DNA from: Bryobacterales bacterium
GTDB taxonomy: Bacteria > Acidobacteriota > Terriglobia > Bryobacterales > UBA6623
Direction of reading: 5' to 3'
DNA length: 64,000 bases
Assembly (NCBI GenBank): GCA_963422375.2
Contig: OY729428.2
Span: 2,304,001-2,368,000, forward strand
Position numbers and translations under genes: made by a program
Notes under the pieces: generated by a model
What the model was told of the DNA's origin: nothing
Database searches by the model: none
What the model saw: only the letters and a program-made list of their open reading frames with translations
Part shown: one piece after another, positions 30,192 to 40,509 of the stretch
Position numbering within the stretch: position 1 is the first letter of the stretch
How the letters are laid out: the number at the start of each line of letters is the position of its first letter

Positions 30192-30508
30192 ATGCCCCAT
30201 ATCTTGGACCCGCTGCCGGCGCCTTCCGCGAGACGCCCTCCGGCCTGCCCGACGGGCGCACGGGTCGCAACACGCGCTACGAGGCCAGCGACGCCGCCGG
30301 TTGCGCCCCGGCCTGCTTCTTCACCCGGTGCGAGTCGTTCCGCGAGTTCCGGCGGCGCATGGAGCGGGACAACTCCCGCTCCAACTGCCGGACCCTGTTC
30401 GGCGTGGGCCGCATCCCCTGCGACAACCGGATCCGCAACTTGCTCGACGGCCGCGACCCGGCCGCGTTCGACCCGCTGTTCCGGCTGTCCCTCGAAACTC
30501 AGCAGCGA
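30192..30508 (+). pseudogene. ISNCY-like transposase N-terminal fragment
   Basis: MPHILD, frameshift, then LPDGRTGRNTRY...FFT..SF...SNCRTLFGV.RIP.DN.IRNLLD. Confidence 0.75.
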
Positions 30509-30904
30509 GTCCAAGACATGGGGCATAGACCCTAGCTCGCGAATACCGCGACGAAATGTCAAGTGCCTGCCTGCGCCAGCCTTCTCAGACACTCTGGACA
30601 TCCCAAAAATGCCCAAGTCTAGAATCGCTGTGCTTGGATGTGAGCGGCCCGGAGGGTCGACGCTCGGCAACGCAGGCTTCCCAGGCGTGGCTCCGGCTAG
30701 CGGCGACGACCCAGCCGCGAATCTCGGGCCGGCTCGGAGTAGGTTCCGCCAAGCCCGCTTGCAGCAGGGCTGGGTTCACTCGGCCGGTGGGACGCGTCTA
30801 CCTCCTTTGGGGCCGCGGCCTCGCGAGCCCCAAGGATCGTCACTCATCCTGTAAGCTGAGGCGCGACGGAGCGGGCACCCCGCTCGGTCGATTCGGGAAC
30901 CATC

Positions 30905-32167
30905 ATGAATCGCAGACAGATTCTCACCGCCGCAGCGGCATCCGCAGCCTCCTACGAGAGGATCCTCGGTGCGAACGGGCGCGTCAGCGTCGGAGTCATC
31001 GGAACGGGCAACCGCGGCAGCCAGGTTTGGGAGACGGTCCTGGCCGAGGACGACGCGCTGCCGGTTGCGGCCTGCGACGTGTATGAGCCGCATCTCGAGA
31101 AGGCCCTGAGCATGGCGAACGGCCGCGCAAAAGCCTACCGGGATTTCCGCGACCTTCTGGAGCACCGCCCCATGGACGCAGTGCTGATCGCGACGCCCGA
31201 TCACTGGCACGCCATTCAGACGATCATGGCCTGCCGGGCCGGCTTGGACGTCTACGTCGAGAAGCCGCTCTCGCTAACGGTCGCCGAGGGCCGCAAAATG
31301 GTCGAGGCCGCCCGGAAGCACGCACGGGTGGTCCAGACCGGGAGCCAGCAGCGGTCCGGCCCCCATTACAAGGAAGCCGTGGACTTGGTGCGGTCCGGGG
31401 AGATCGGCACTGTCCATCACGTGGAGGCCGGCATGGAGCGGAACTCGATGCCGGGATTCGGCACGCCGGAGGATGCCGCGCCTCCGGCGGACTTCAACTA
31501 CGAGATGTGGCTCGGCCCGGCACCTACCAAGCAATACAACCCTCTGCGCGGCCACTACCACTTCCGCTGGTTCTGGGACTACTCGGGCGGCCAGATGACC
31601 AACTGGGGCGCGCACAACATTGACATCGCGCGGTGGGGGCTGGACTGCGAGTGGCCGGATTCCGTGTCGGGATGCGGCGGTCGCTACGCCATCCGAGACA
31701 ACGGCGAGACCCCCGACGTGCAGGAGGTGGTGTACGAGGTCGAAGGGGGCGTCCTGACCTGGGCGGTCCGGGAGATGAATGGAGTCCGCGGCTCGTACCT
31801 CGTGTTCCACGGCACCAAGGGCGACCTCGAGGTCGGCCGCAGGGGGTACTCGCTAAGGGGCCAGCAGTGGCAGCGCAAGGATCCCCCGATGGCCGAAGAC
31901 CGGGAATCCTACCCGGAGAACGCCCAGCGTCGGCTGACCGCCCTGCACATGCGGAACTTCCTGGACTGCGTCAAGAGCCGGGAGCGCCCGAACGCCAACG
32001 TGGAGACCGGGCACCGTACGGCGGTCTTCTGCCACTTGGGCAACATCGCGACCCGTCTGAGGCGGTCCCTGCAGTGGGACCACGCAAGCGAGACCGTGGT
32101 CGGGGACGAAGAGGCGAATCGCTGGCTGTCGAAGTCCTACCGCAGCCCGTGGACGCTCGACATCTAG
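30905..32167 (+). CDS. Gfo/Idh/MocA oxidoreductase (Tat)
   Basis: MNRRQIL, IGTGNRG, IATPDHWH, YVEKP, QTGSQQRS, GGQMTNWGAH.ID. Confidence 0.95.
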   Translation: MNRRQILTAAAASAASYERILGANGRVSVGVIGTGNRGSQVWETVLAEDDALPVAACDVYEPHLEKALSMANGRAKAYRDFRDLLEHRPMDAVLIATPDHWHAIQTIMACRAGLDVYVEKPLSLTVAEGRKMVEAARKHARVVQTGSQQRSGPHYKEAVDLVRSGEIGTVHHVEAGMERNSMPGFGTPEDAAPPADFNYEMWLGPAPTKQYNPLRGHYHFRWFWDYSGGQMTNWGAHNIDIARWGLDCEWPDSVSGCGGRYAIRDNGETPDVQEVVYEVEGGVLTWAVREMNGVRGSYLVFHGTKGDLEVGRRGYSLRGQQWQRKDPPMAEDRESYPENAQRRLTALHMRNFLDCVKSRERPNANVETGHRTAVFCHLGNIATRLRRSLQWDHASETVVGDEEANRWLSKSYRSPWTLDI

Positions 32168-32688
32168 GCCGCGATCCCGCCACGCCGTTCCTCCGAGGTT
32201 CGCCGGCCGCCCCCCTTCCCTAGGCGATTCCCCTGCCGGTCGGGAGGGCGTGGTGCCCGCATGCCGCAGGAACCGCAGCCAGCGCGCTGCCTGCTCCCTC
32301 GAGCCGAACCGTCCTCGCCGGCAGGGCCCGGCAGTGCCGGGAGACCGAGCCAGCCCTGCGTCCCGCCGGTCAGGCGGCCTAGCGGCGCGAGGCGCGCCTC
32401 GGACATGGCGAGCGATCTCGCCAAGGGGTCGGCGCCGTGTCACGAGCAGCGACCGGTCGCCGACCTGACGACTTCGACCCGCAGCCGAAGTTTCTCGTCG
32501 CCGATGTACACCTCGATACGGGCATCCAGTTCCCTGAGGTGCGCTTGGTTCTTGGCGATTTGCTCGTCATCTCCGGCCTTGAACTCAACCTTTTTGCCAG
32601 AGACATCTCGTAGGATTCTGGTGGTCCTACCGCACTCAGGGCGTAGGACAACTGCCCCTATTGCAAGCCTGAGATCCTCATCGGACTT

Positions 32689-33730
32689 CCTGATTACCAA
32701 CGAACGTCAGCCGAGGATATGCTATACTGGAGGAGGTCGGAAACCTCTGACAGGAAAGGGGATAGCTGATGAAACGCAATCGCGTGCAATTCCAGAAGGG
32801 ACTCAGCCCGGGCAAGTTCCTGCAGCGCTACGGCAGCGAGGGGCCATGCGAGCAGGCCGTCTTCAAGGCCCGCTGGCCGGACGGCTTCCGCTGCCCGGAG
32901 TGCGGCTCCCGGCGGCACTGCCGCATCCGCTCCCGCAAGCTCTGGCAGTGCCATGCCTGCCACCGCCAGACTTCCCTCGTCGCCGGCACGATCTTCGCCG
33001 CCACCAAGCTGCCGCTGACCGTCTGGTTCCTGGCGCTCCACCTGCTGACGCAGGGCAAGCACGGCGTTTCGTCGCTGGAACTGGCGCGGCAGCTGGGGGT
33101 CAGCCAGAACACGGCTTGGAAGATGAAGCACAAGCTCTTGCAAGTGATGAAGGAGCGCGACGAGCGCCTGCCGCTGGCCGGCATCGTGCAGGTGGACGAC
33201 GCCTACTGGGGCGGGGAGCGGAGCGGCGGCCAGCGCGGTCGCGGCGCGGCGGGCAAGACGCCGTTCGTGGCCGCCGTGCAGGTCACCGCCGCCGGCCAGC
33301 CGGCAAGGATGCGCATGATCAGCGTGGCCAGCGTGGCGGGCTTGCGCAAGAAGACGCTGGCAGCGTGGGCCGGGCGGCACTTGCAGCCCGGCACGGAGGT
33401 GCATTCCGACGGCCCGGCCTGCTTGCGGGGCGTGGCCGGCGCCGGCTGCGAGCACGTGCCGACCGTCACCGGAGGCGGGCAGCGGAACTGCGGGGATTCC
33501 CGCTTCGTCCGGGTCAACACCATGCTGGCGAACGTCAAGCGGTCCCTGGCGGGAACCTGCCATGCGCTCGACCGCAAGCACCTGCCGCGGTACCTCGCCG
33601 AGTTCCGCTACCGCTTCAACCGCCGCTACGACCTGGAGGCTCTGGTCCCCCGCCTGCTCCACGCCTCCGTGCGCACCCCGCCCATGCCTTACCGTCTCCT
33701 AACCTTGGCTGAGTCTTGTGGGCAATCAGG
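32689..33730 (+). mobile_element. IS1595-family element, type B, copy A
   Basis: Ends CCTGATTACC..TCAGCC / GGCTGA..GGCAATCAGG, TSD TCGGACTT. Confidence 0.97.
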
Positions 33731-33767
33731 TCGGACTTTGGGTTGGCTCCGTCAATGCGTCCGATGA
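32769..33767 (+). CDS. IS1595 transposase (stop TAA->CAA, reads out of the element)
   Basis: RWPDGFRCPEC, VQVDDAYWGGE, HSDG, KHLPRYLAEFRYRFNRR. Confidence 0.9.
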   Translation: MKRNRVQFQKGLSPGKFLQRYGSEGPCEQAVFKARWPDGFRCPECGSRRHCRIRSRKLWQCHACHRQTSLVAGTIFAATKLPLTVWFLALHLLTQGKHGVSSLELARQLGVSQNTAWKMKHKLLQVMKERDERLPLAGIVQVDDAYWGGERSGGQRGRGAAGKTPFVAAVQVTAAGQPARMRMISVASVAGLRKKTLAAWAGRHLQPGTEVHSDGPACLRGVAGAGCEHVPTVTGGGQRNCGDSRFVRVNTMLANVKRSLAGTCHALDRKHLPRYLAEFRYRFNRRYDLEALVPRLLHASVRTPPMPYRLLTLAESCGQSGRTLGWLRQCVR

Positions 33768-34034
33768 CGGCAATAGTTAGCACGGAGTATTGCAGGCTGT
33801 CACCGGCATCCAATTCCAAGATCTCGACCCGCTTGCAAAGGTCTTCTTCTGCGGATAAGAATCTCTGATGATAGTGTCTAATCCCTTGATTAGCGCTCTA
33901 TTTGCGTTGACCAATTCGCGGTTCACTCGCTTGACATTGTCGGCACTCGTGGCACGCAATCGTTTCAGATCCCTCAACCCTCTCCTGAATTGGAGGCGGA
34001 AGTTGAGGAACTCTCTCACGTGCCCATTCCTCTT

Positions 34035-35053
34035 CCTGATTACCAACGAACGTCAGCCGAGGATATGCTATACTGAAGGAGGTCGGAAATCTCTGACAGG
34101 AAAGGGGCTAGCAGATGAAACGCAATCGCGTGCAATTCCAGCAGGGACTCAGTCTGGGCAAGTTCCTGCAGCGCTACGGCAGCGAGGGGCCATGCGAGCA
34201 GGCCGTCTTCAAGGCCCGCTGGCCGGACGGCTTCCGCTGCCCGGAGTGCGGCTCCCGCCGGCACTGCCGCATCCGCTCCCGCAAGCTCTGGCAGTGCCAT
34301 GCCTGCCACCGCCAGAGCTCCCTCGTGGCCGGCACGATCTTCGCCGCCACCAAGCTGCCGCTGACCGTCTGGTTCCTGGCGCTCCACCTGCTGACGCAGG
34401 GCAAGCACGGCGTTTCGTCGCTGGAACTGGCGCGGCAGCCGGGCGTCAGCCGGAACACGGCTTGGAAGATGAAGCACAAGCTCTTGCAAGTGATGAAGGA
34501 GCGCGACGAGCGCCTGCCGCTGGGCGGCATCGTGCAGGTGGACGACGCCTACTGGGGCGGGGAGCGGAGCGGCGGCCAGCGCGGGCGCGGCGCCGTTCGT
34601 GGCCGCCGTGCAGGTCACCGCCGCCGGCCAGCCGGCAAGGATGCGCCTGAGCAGCGTGGCGGGCTTCCGCAAGAAGACGCTGGCAGCGTGGGCCGGGCGG
34701 CACTTGCAGCCCGGCACGAAGGTGCATTCCGACGGCCCGGCCTGCTTGCGGGGCGTGGCCGACGCCGGCTGCGAGCACGTGCCGACCGTCACCGGAGGCG
34801 GGAAGCGGAGCTGCGAGGATTCCCGCTTCTTCCGGGTCAACACGATGCTGGCGAACGTCAAGCAGTCCCTGGCGGGAACCTGCCATGCGCTCGACGGCAA
34901 GCACCTGCCGCGGTACCTCGCAGAGTTCCGCTACCGCTTCAACCGCCGCTACGATCTAGAGGCGCTGGTCCCCCGCCTGCTCCACGCCTCCGTGCGCACC
35001 CCGCCCATGCCTTACCGCCTCCTAACCCTGGCTGAGTCTTGTGGGTAATCAGG
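34035..35053 (+). mobile_element. IS1595-family element, type B, copy B (transposase frameshifted near 34590)
   Basis: Same ends, TSD TTCCTCTT. Split ORFs 34115.. and 34599..35048. Confidence 0.97.
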
Positions 35054-35743
35054 TTCCTCTTTGAATTCGGGTCGCCTCCGTCGATCCCTCGCCCTCGCGC
35101 AAAGGTCACCGGGACCTCGTCGCCGTGGCCGTCGTCACGCAGATCTCCCCGCTCGAACTGGGCGAAGAGCTCGACGGTGTCGTCCTCCGCGACGAGCGCG
35201 TGCATCCCAGCCGAGACGAGGCACCGATGGAGGGCGCGCCACTCGCGACCCGAGCACCCCATGACCACCCGCAGCAAGCCCGAGGCGCGCAGCCAGTCGC
35301 CCAGGGCGCGCCGTCCCCGGGCGGGTCCAAGCGGCGCTTGTCAATCCGGATGCCCGCCTACGGAGGGCTGCCTGGCACCCCAGTCAGGGGCAGCCCGCCT
35401 TGCCGATTCGTCATCGCACGGTCATTCCCCGGCACGGCAGCTCCCGGTCTGTCATGGCGCCGGGTGCAAGCACTGAAGCGGCATTCCGGGGTCCCCCGTG
35501 CGCACCTTGCATGGGACCCGAATTCCTGCTGCCAGCTGCGGGGCCCGGGCCTCCCTGCTAGCCACTGCCACCTGCTCGGCAGGGCGCGAGTCATCGGCGC
35601 GGGACGAGCCTACCCTGCGCCGTGTCGAGCACGCGGGCGGACGCAAGCCTCAGGACCGTGCAGCGAAGGCGCGCGCGGTCGCCGACGCGAATCACATCCG
35701 GCTCATCGGAACGCGCGGCCGCCGACCCAGTCCCGCCGACGCG

Positions 35744-38700
35744 TCAGAACGAATACTTCAACGAGAATTGGCCGATCCTCCCCGCTCCGGCCCCGGTGAT
35801 GCGGCCGAGGCGGCGGTCGGTGGCGCTGCCCCGCCGAGGCGTCCCGAAGTTCGGGTGGTTGGGCAGGTTGAAGAAGTCCACGCGGAAGTCTAGGGAATGT
35901 CCTTCCCGGATCGGGATCCGCTTGCGCAGCGAGATGTCGAGATTGATTACACCGGGGCCCTGGAGGTTGTTCCGGCCCGAATTACCGTACGAGCCGACCG
36001 GGGCGAGCGCGAAGGCATCCTTGTTGAACCACTCGAAGATCTTCTCGCCGCGCGACCGGCCGGAAGGCAGCCTCGGGTCGCCCACGATCTGGGCGCGGTC
36101 ATGCCGGACCGCGGTCAGGGAGCGGTCGCGCCCGGCATCGACATGGAACGGACGGCCCTCCTGCAGGGTGATGATCGAGCCCAGCTCCCAGCCGCCGAGC
36201 ACGCTCCGAGCCACGCCGCTCTTGGGTCCCGGAATCTCGAACAGGAACGAGCTGACCATGCGCTGCTGGATGTCGAAGTCGCCCCGGCCGCGCTCGGCGG
36301 CGCGGTTGTTGGGGTCCTGCAGGCCGTTCTGCGTCACAGTCGCGAATGCGGAACTGGTGAGGACCTCGTCGATCGCGCGCCCGTAGGTGTACGCGACCTG
36401 GAAGGTCAGTCCCCGGCTGAAGCGGCGCTGCACCTGGACCTGGAGGCTGTTGTACAACGAGGACGCGCCGCTGTTGAGCTGGCCGATGCTGCCGAAGCCT
36501 TGGTGGATGCGCCGCTGGTCGGTGTTCCCGGCGGTCGACTCGGGGCCGTACACGGCCCGGTTCTGCTCCCGGTTGTAGGTCAAGTTCCGGCCCACGTTCC
36601 CGACGTAGGCGACTTCGACCATGAGGTTGTCCGACACCTGCTGCTGCACGGTCAGGTTGTAGGTCTGCATGTACGGATTGCGCAATCCCGGCGCGAAGCC
36701 CTTGGGAATGGTGATCGGGTAGACGAAATTCGGATCGCTCGGGTCGAACACGAAGGGAAAGGGATTGAGGTGCCCCCTGAACGGGGCCGCGAGCGCGAAG
36801 GGCTGGTTGATGTCTACCGAGGCGCCGAACGGCTGCAGAGCCTGCACGCCGCCGGCCATCTCGGCGGTCAGGGGGTCGTAGGAGACGCCGTAGCTTGTGC
36901 GAATCGAAGTCCGCCCGTCACCAAAGACATCCCACGCGACGCCGAACCGCGGGGCGACGTTGACCAGGCCGTCCCGGTAGGGGAAGCCCGCGTCCGACAG
37001 CCAGAGCAAGCCCGCCGGAGCGTCCGGAATGAACGAGGACTGCGCCCCTGGCACTAAGGCCGTCTGCTGGTTCTGCTGCTCTTCCCAGCGCGGGAAGAAC
37101 TCGTTGCGCACGCCCAGCGTCATCGTGACGTTGCGCCGGATCTTGAAGCTGTCCTGGAAGAACAGTCCTGTCTGGATATAGCGGTGATCGAACTCGATGG
37201 GCGAGGCCTGCCGGATTCGCCGCGCCTTGCCCGTCACGAAGTCGGCCATCGGCAGGCCGGTCCGGTTGCCCGTGAACTGCCACTCGGTCCCGGTGGCGCG
37301 GTTGTCGCGGTAGAGGAACTGGTTGCGCTGCGTGTCCACGCCCCATTTCATGTTGTGGTTGCCCCGCAGCCAGCTCATGTTCCATGACACGGCGTAGTTC
37401 TGTGAGAGGCGCTGGCGGTGCCGCCCCGGTCCCAGTCGGAAGCGGTTCGTGATCTGGACCAAGGGCCGGCTCTTGACCACGCCTCCGGCGTGGTTGAAGT
37501 CGGTCGCGCCGAAATCCGCTAGGTCGTCGTCGAAGGGAATGCTCTCTTGGTAGTTGAAGCGCGTGTAGGTCAGCCGAACGGTGCTGGCCAAGGTGGGGCC
37601 GAACAGGTGCGTGTCCTCGAGCGTGTAGGTCTGCATCCGGTTGAACCGAGGGTTCGGGCCGTAGTTGATGAAGTCCGCGTTGCGCAGCGGGTCGGCGCCT
37701 TGGTTGTGGTCGTAGAAGAGCCGGAAGTTGACCTTGTTGCGGTCGGTCAGGTTGTGATCCATTCGCGCAAGGTACTGGTTGTCGTCGCTCGGCTGGCTGA
37801 CCTGCGTGACGAAGCTCCCGTCCGGCCGGTCGGGCAGAGGCACCCATCCGTCCAGCATGTGCTTCGCGACAGGATCGAGCAGGTTCGCGGGCACCATGTT
37901 GTTAGGGAACGGATCGCCGGTATCCGCATTCTTGATGGCGTCCAAGCCGCCGAAGTCGCCGCCCCGTTCCGCCGTGGTCGCGGGGAAGGCGGTCCGGAGG
38001 CGGTCCTCGCGAATCCGCTGCCCTTGGTAGGTGAACTGGAAGAAGGAGCGGTCCTTGCTGAGCGGACCGCCCACGGTGCCGCCGAACTGGTTGAAGCGCA
38101 GCTTGGGCACCGTGCGGGAAAAGAAGTTGCGGGCGTCAAGTGCGTCGTTGCGCAGGAAGTGCCAGACGCTGCCGTGGAACTCGTTCGTCCCGGACCGCGT
38201 GACGGCGCTGATCACGCTGAACCCGCGCCCGTGCTCGGCGGTGACGCCGGTGGTCGAGACGCGGAACTCCTGGACTGCGTCCGGAGGCGGCAGGATGAGC
38301 CCCTGGCCGCGGTGGAAGTAGCTCATGGATCCGCCGTCGAGCAGGTAGTTCACCGAGAAGTGCCGACCGCCGTTGATGTTCATGTTCTGCTGGCCGAACG
38401 AAGGCCGGATCGTGGTGCTCACGCGCTGGACGCCGGGCACCAGCCGGACCAGGTCCAGCGGATTGCGGCCGTTCAGGGGGAGATACCCGGATGCGACGGT
38501 CGTCGACAGTCATGCCGATCTGCGTCGAGCGCGTGTCCACCTGCGGCGCCTGGCTGGTGATGGTGACTGTTTCCGTCACCTGGCCCAGTTCCAGCACGAA
38601 GTCGACGCGCAAGCTCTGCAGGGCCGAGAGGGCGATTTTCGGACGCTCCGTGGTGCGGAAGCCCTCCGACTGGACCGAGGCCCGGTAACTACCGACCGGG

Positions 38701-38900
38701 AGTTGCGTGGCGAGGTAGTCGCCGACCGCTCCCGACTCCACCGCCTTCACCTCGCCGGTGTTCTCGTTGGTAAAGGTGATCTGCACGCCAGGGACCGCGG
38801 CGCCGGTCGGATCGGTCACGGTCCCAGCGATTTCGCCGGTCGTGGATTGGCTCATCGCCGTCACGGCAGCGAGGAGGAACGCGACAGCAAGTCTTCTCAT
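35744..38900 (-). pseudogene. TonB-dependent (Oar-like) receptor with carboxypeptidase-regulatory-like domain, +1 frameshift at 38485
   Basis: GTVTDPTGAAVPG, LPLNGRN (after removing one base), TRSGTNEFHGS, NQFGGTVGGP, C-terminal LKYSF. Confidence 0.9.
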
Positions 38901-39008
38901 GGCTGAACTCCCTTGGCGAGAAGATTACCAAACGGCACCAAATCCCACGCCTCCTCGGCACCCGGACTTCCGCGCCCGCCGCCCTCGCGGGCCTGCAGTC
39001 GCGCTCCC

Positions 39009-40484
39009 CTACAGCAGCCGGCCGACCTGCTGGTACAGGGCGATTCCCGAGATGCCCAGAAAGAATACGAAGCAGGCAACCTGGCTCGCCTGCATGATCG
39101 TCGGCGGGCGCAGGGGCTTGGGGAGCAGCCTTCGATTAACGGCGAGCGCATGCAGGGCGGTCGCACTCATCCCGAGATTGCGCAGCGCCCCGGTGACAAC
39201 CGCGAGGAACAGGGGGTCAGGCGTCAGGCGCAACGCAATGAGGCCCCAAGCGAAGTACATGCCCATGATCGTGTAGTAGATGTACTTCACTTGATTGCCC
39301 CGGAGGTGCCGGACGCGCTTGCTGCCCGTCCAGATCAGCTCCGTCCAGCGGCGCACGATGTTGTCGATATCGGAAATCTGGCCGGGCGACAGCACGATGA
39401 ATCCGCACAGCAGGGTCAGGAACCAAAACACGTCCCCGGACCGCTCGGCGATCCCCCGCGCGGTCATCGCTGCCGCCGCATGCCCCTCGACTTCGGCTCC
39501 GGCGATGTACTCCAGCGACAGCATGGACGGAAGCGCCATGCCGATCACGCAGCCGACGGCCCAGATGCAGATTTGATCCCGCAGGAGGTGCCGCATCCAG
39601 CCCTTCCAGCGGGCAAGGGCCTGGGCGCTGAGCGGGAACACCTTGCCGACGTGCGCCAGTTCGACGTTCTTGCCACCCACCATGCTGGGGATCGCGCCGA
39701 CCAGCGGTCCCATGCCCCAGCCCTTGTCGCGGGCGTAGTTCGAGAAGCCCGTGTTCGTGAGGCCGCCCATGCCCGCGATCGCCGCGAACGCCGCGAGCGT
39801 GGCCCAGTCGATTTCCTGGTCGGGGAAGGAGCCGATGCGGAGGAACCCCGTGAACACCGCCGTCCACGTATCCCAGCTCACCATGAACAGGCATACGAAT
39901 CCCAGATAGCCGAGCACGACGATGATCTTGCCGACCATCACCTTCTCGACCATGTTGTAGATCTTGCCGCCGAAGATCAGCGGCAGGAAGGCAGCCGAAA
40001 AGATGCAGTAGGACACGAGGCGCAGCAAGCCTTCGTGCTCGGGTCCCGGCAGGTCTCCCAGAAAGGCCGACACCAGCGGGACCGCTGCGTTGGACGCTAG
40101 GTACGGAAATATCCCGGGCAGATCCAGCAGCAGGTAGAGAGCGACCCAGAACCCCGGCCCGGGCGTCAGTCGGAAGAATCCGACCATGATCGGCTCGCCG
40201 GTGTACAGGGTGTAACGCATCATGCACAGGTTGTGGCTGACCTGCAGCAGGATACTGAGCATGGCGATCCACATGAGCTGACCGCCGTACTGCGCCGTGA
40301 CGATGGGCCCGAACAGCCACTCGCCACCCCCGATCGCGCTGCCCGCGAAGAGCAGGCCGGGCCCGATCAGGATCTTCCACTGGCCCCGAGTGAGCCGCGG
40401 CGCTTCCGGCAGGTCCGCGGTCTGCCACCGCGGGAAGTAACGCGACGCCTTGGCGCGGATCGACTCCGAGTTGTCCGCGGGCAT
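39009..40484 (-). CDS. Nramp-like / APC-superfamily membrane transporter
   Basis: IGPGLL..GSAIGGGEW..GP, about 11 TM helices. Confidence 0.8.
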   Translation of the reverse strand: MPADNSESIRAKASRYFPRWQTADLPEAPRLTRGQWKILIGPGLLFAGSAIGGGEWLFGPIVTAQYGGQLMWIAMLSILLQVSHNLCMMRYTLYTGEPIMVGFFRLTPGPGFWVALYLLLDLPGIFPYLASNAAVPLVSAFLGDLPGPEHEGLLRLVSYCIFSAAFLPLIFGGKIYNMVEKVMVGKIIVVLGYLGFVCLFMVSWDTWTAVFTGFLRIGSFPDQEIDWATLAAFAAIAGMGGLTNTGFSNYARDKGWGMGPLVGAIPSMVGGKNVELAHVGKVFPLSAQALARWKGWMRHLLRDQICIWAVGCVIGMALPSMLSLEYIAGAEVEGHAAAAMTARGIAERSGDVFWFLTLLCGFIVLSPGQISDIDNIVRRWTELIWTGSKRVRHLRGNQVKYIYYTIMGMYFAWGLIALRLTPDPLFLAVVTGALRNLGMSATALHALAVNRRLLPKPLRPPTIMQASQVACFVFFLGISGIALYQQVGRLL

Positions 40485-40509
40485 TCCGAAGATAATACCC
40501 GAACGACTT

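Larger units (their letters stand above)
28559..30623. mobile_element. Non-autonomous palindromic element made of two inverted left ends of an ISNCY-like IS, interrupted by IS1595
   Basis: 28559-28641 plus 30166-30209 forms an imperfect inverted repeat with 30509-30623. Both arms end in ATG-CCC-CAT-[AG]TC-TTG-GAC. Confidence 0.75.
32440..35277 (-). pseudogene. Unknown gene interrupted by two IS1595 copies
   Basis: Removing both IS and one TSD each joins ORF pieces in frame (NSKRN|GHVREF and NPKSD|EDLRLAI). One extra frameshift near 33840. Confidence 0.55.

Noticed and set aside
28747..30528. 593-aa transposase fusion protein
   Set aside because: Read-through past the IS end into the wrong frame of the ISNCY fragment, and not shared by copy 1.
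32689..35053. Composite transposon formed by two direct IS1595 copies
   Set aside because: Each copy has its own distinct 8-bp TSD, so these are independent insertions into one gene.
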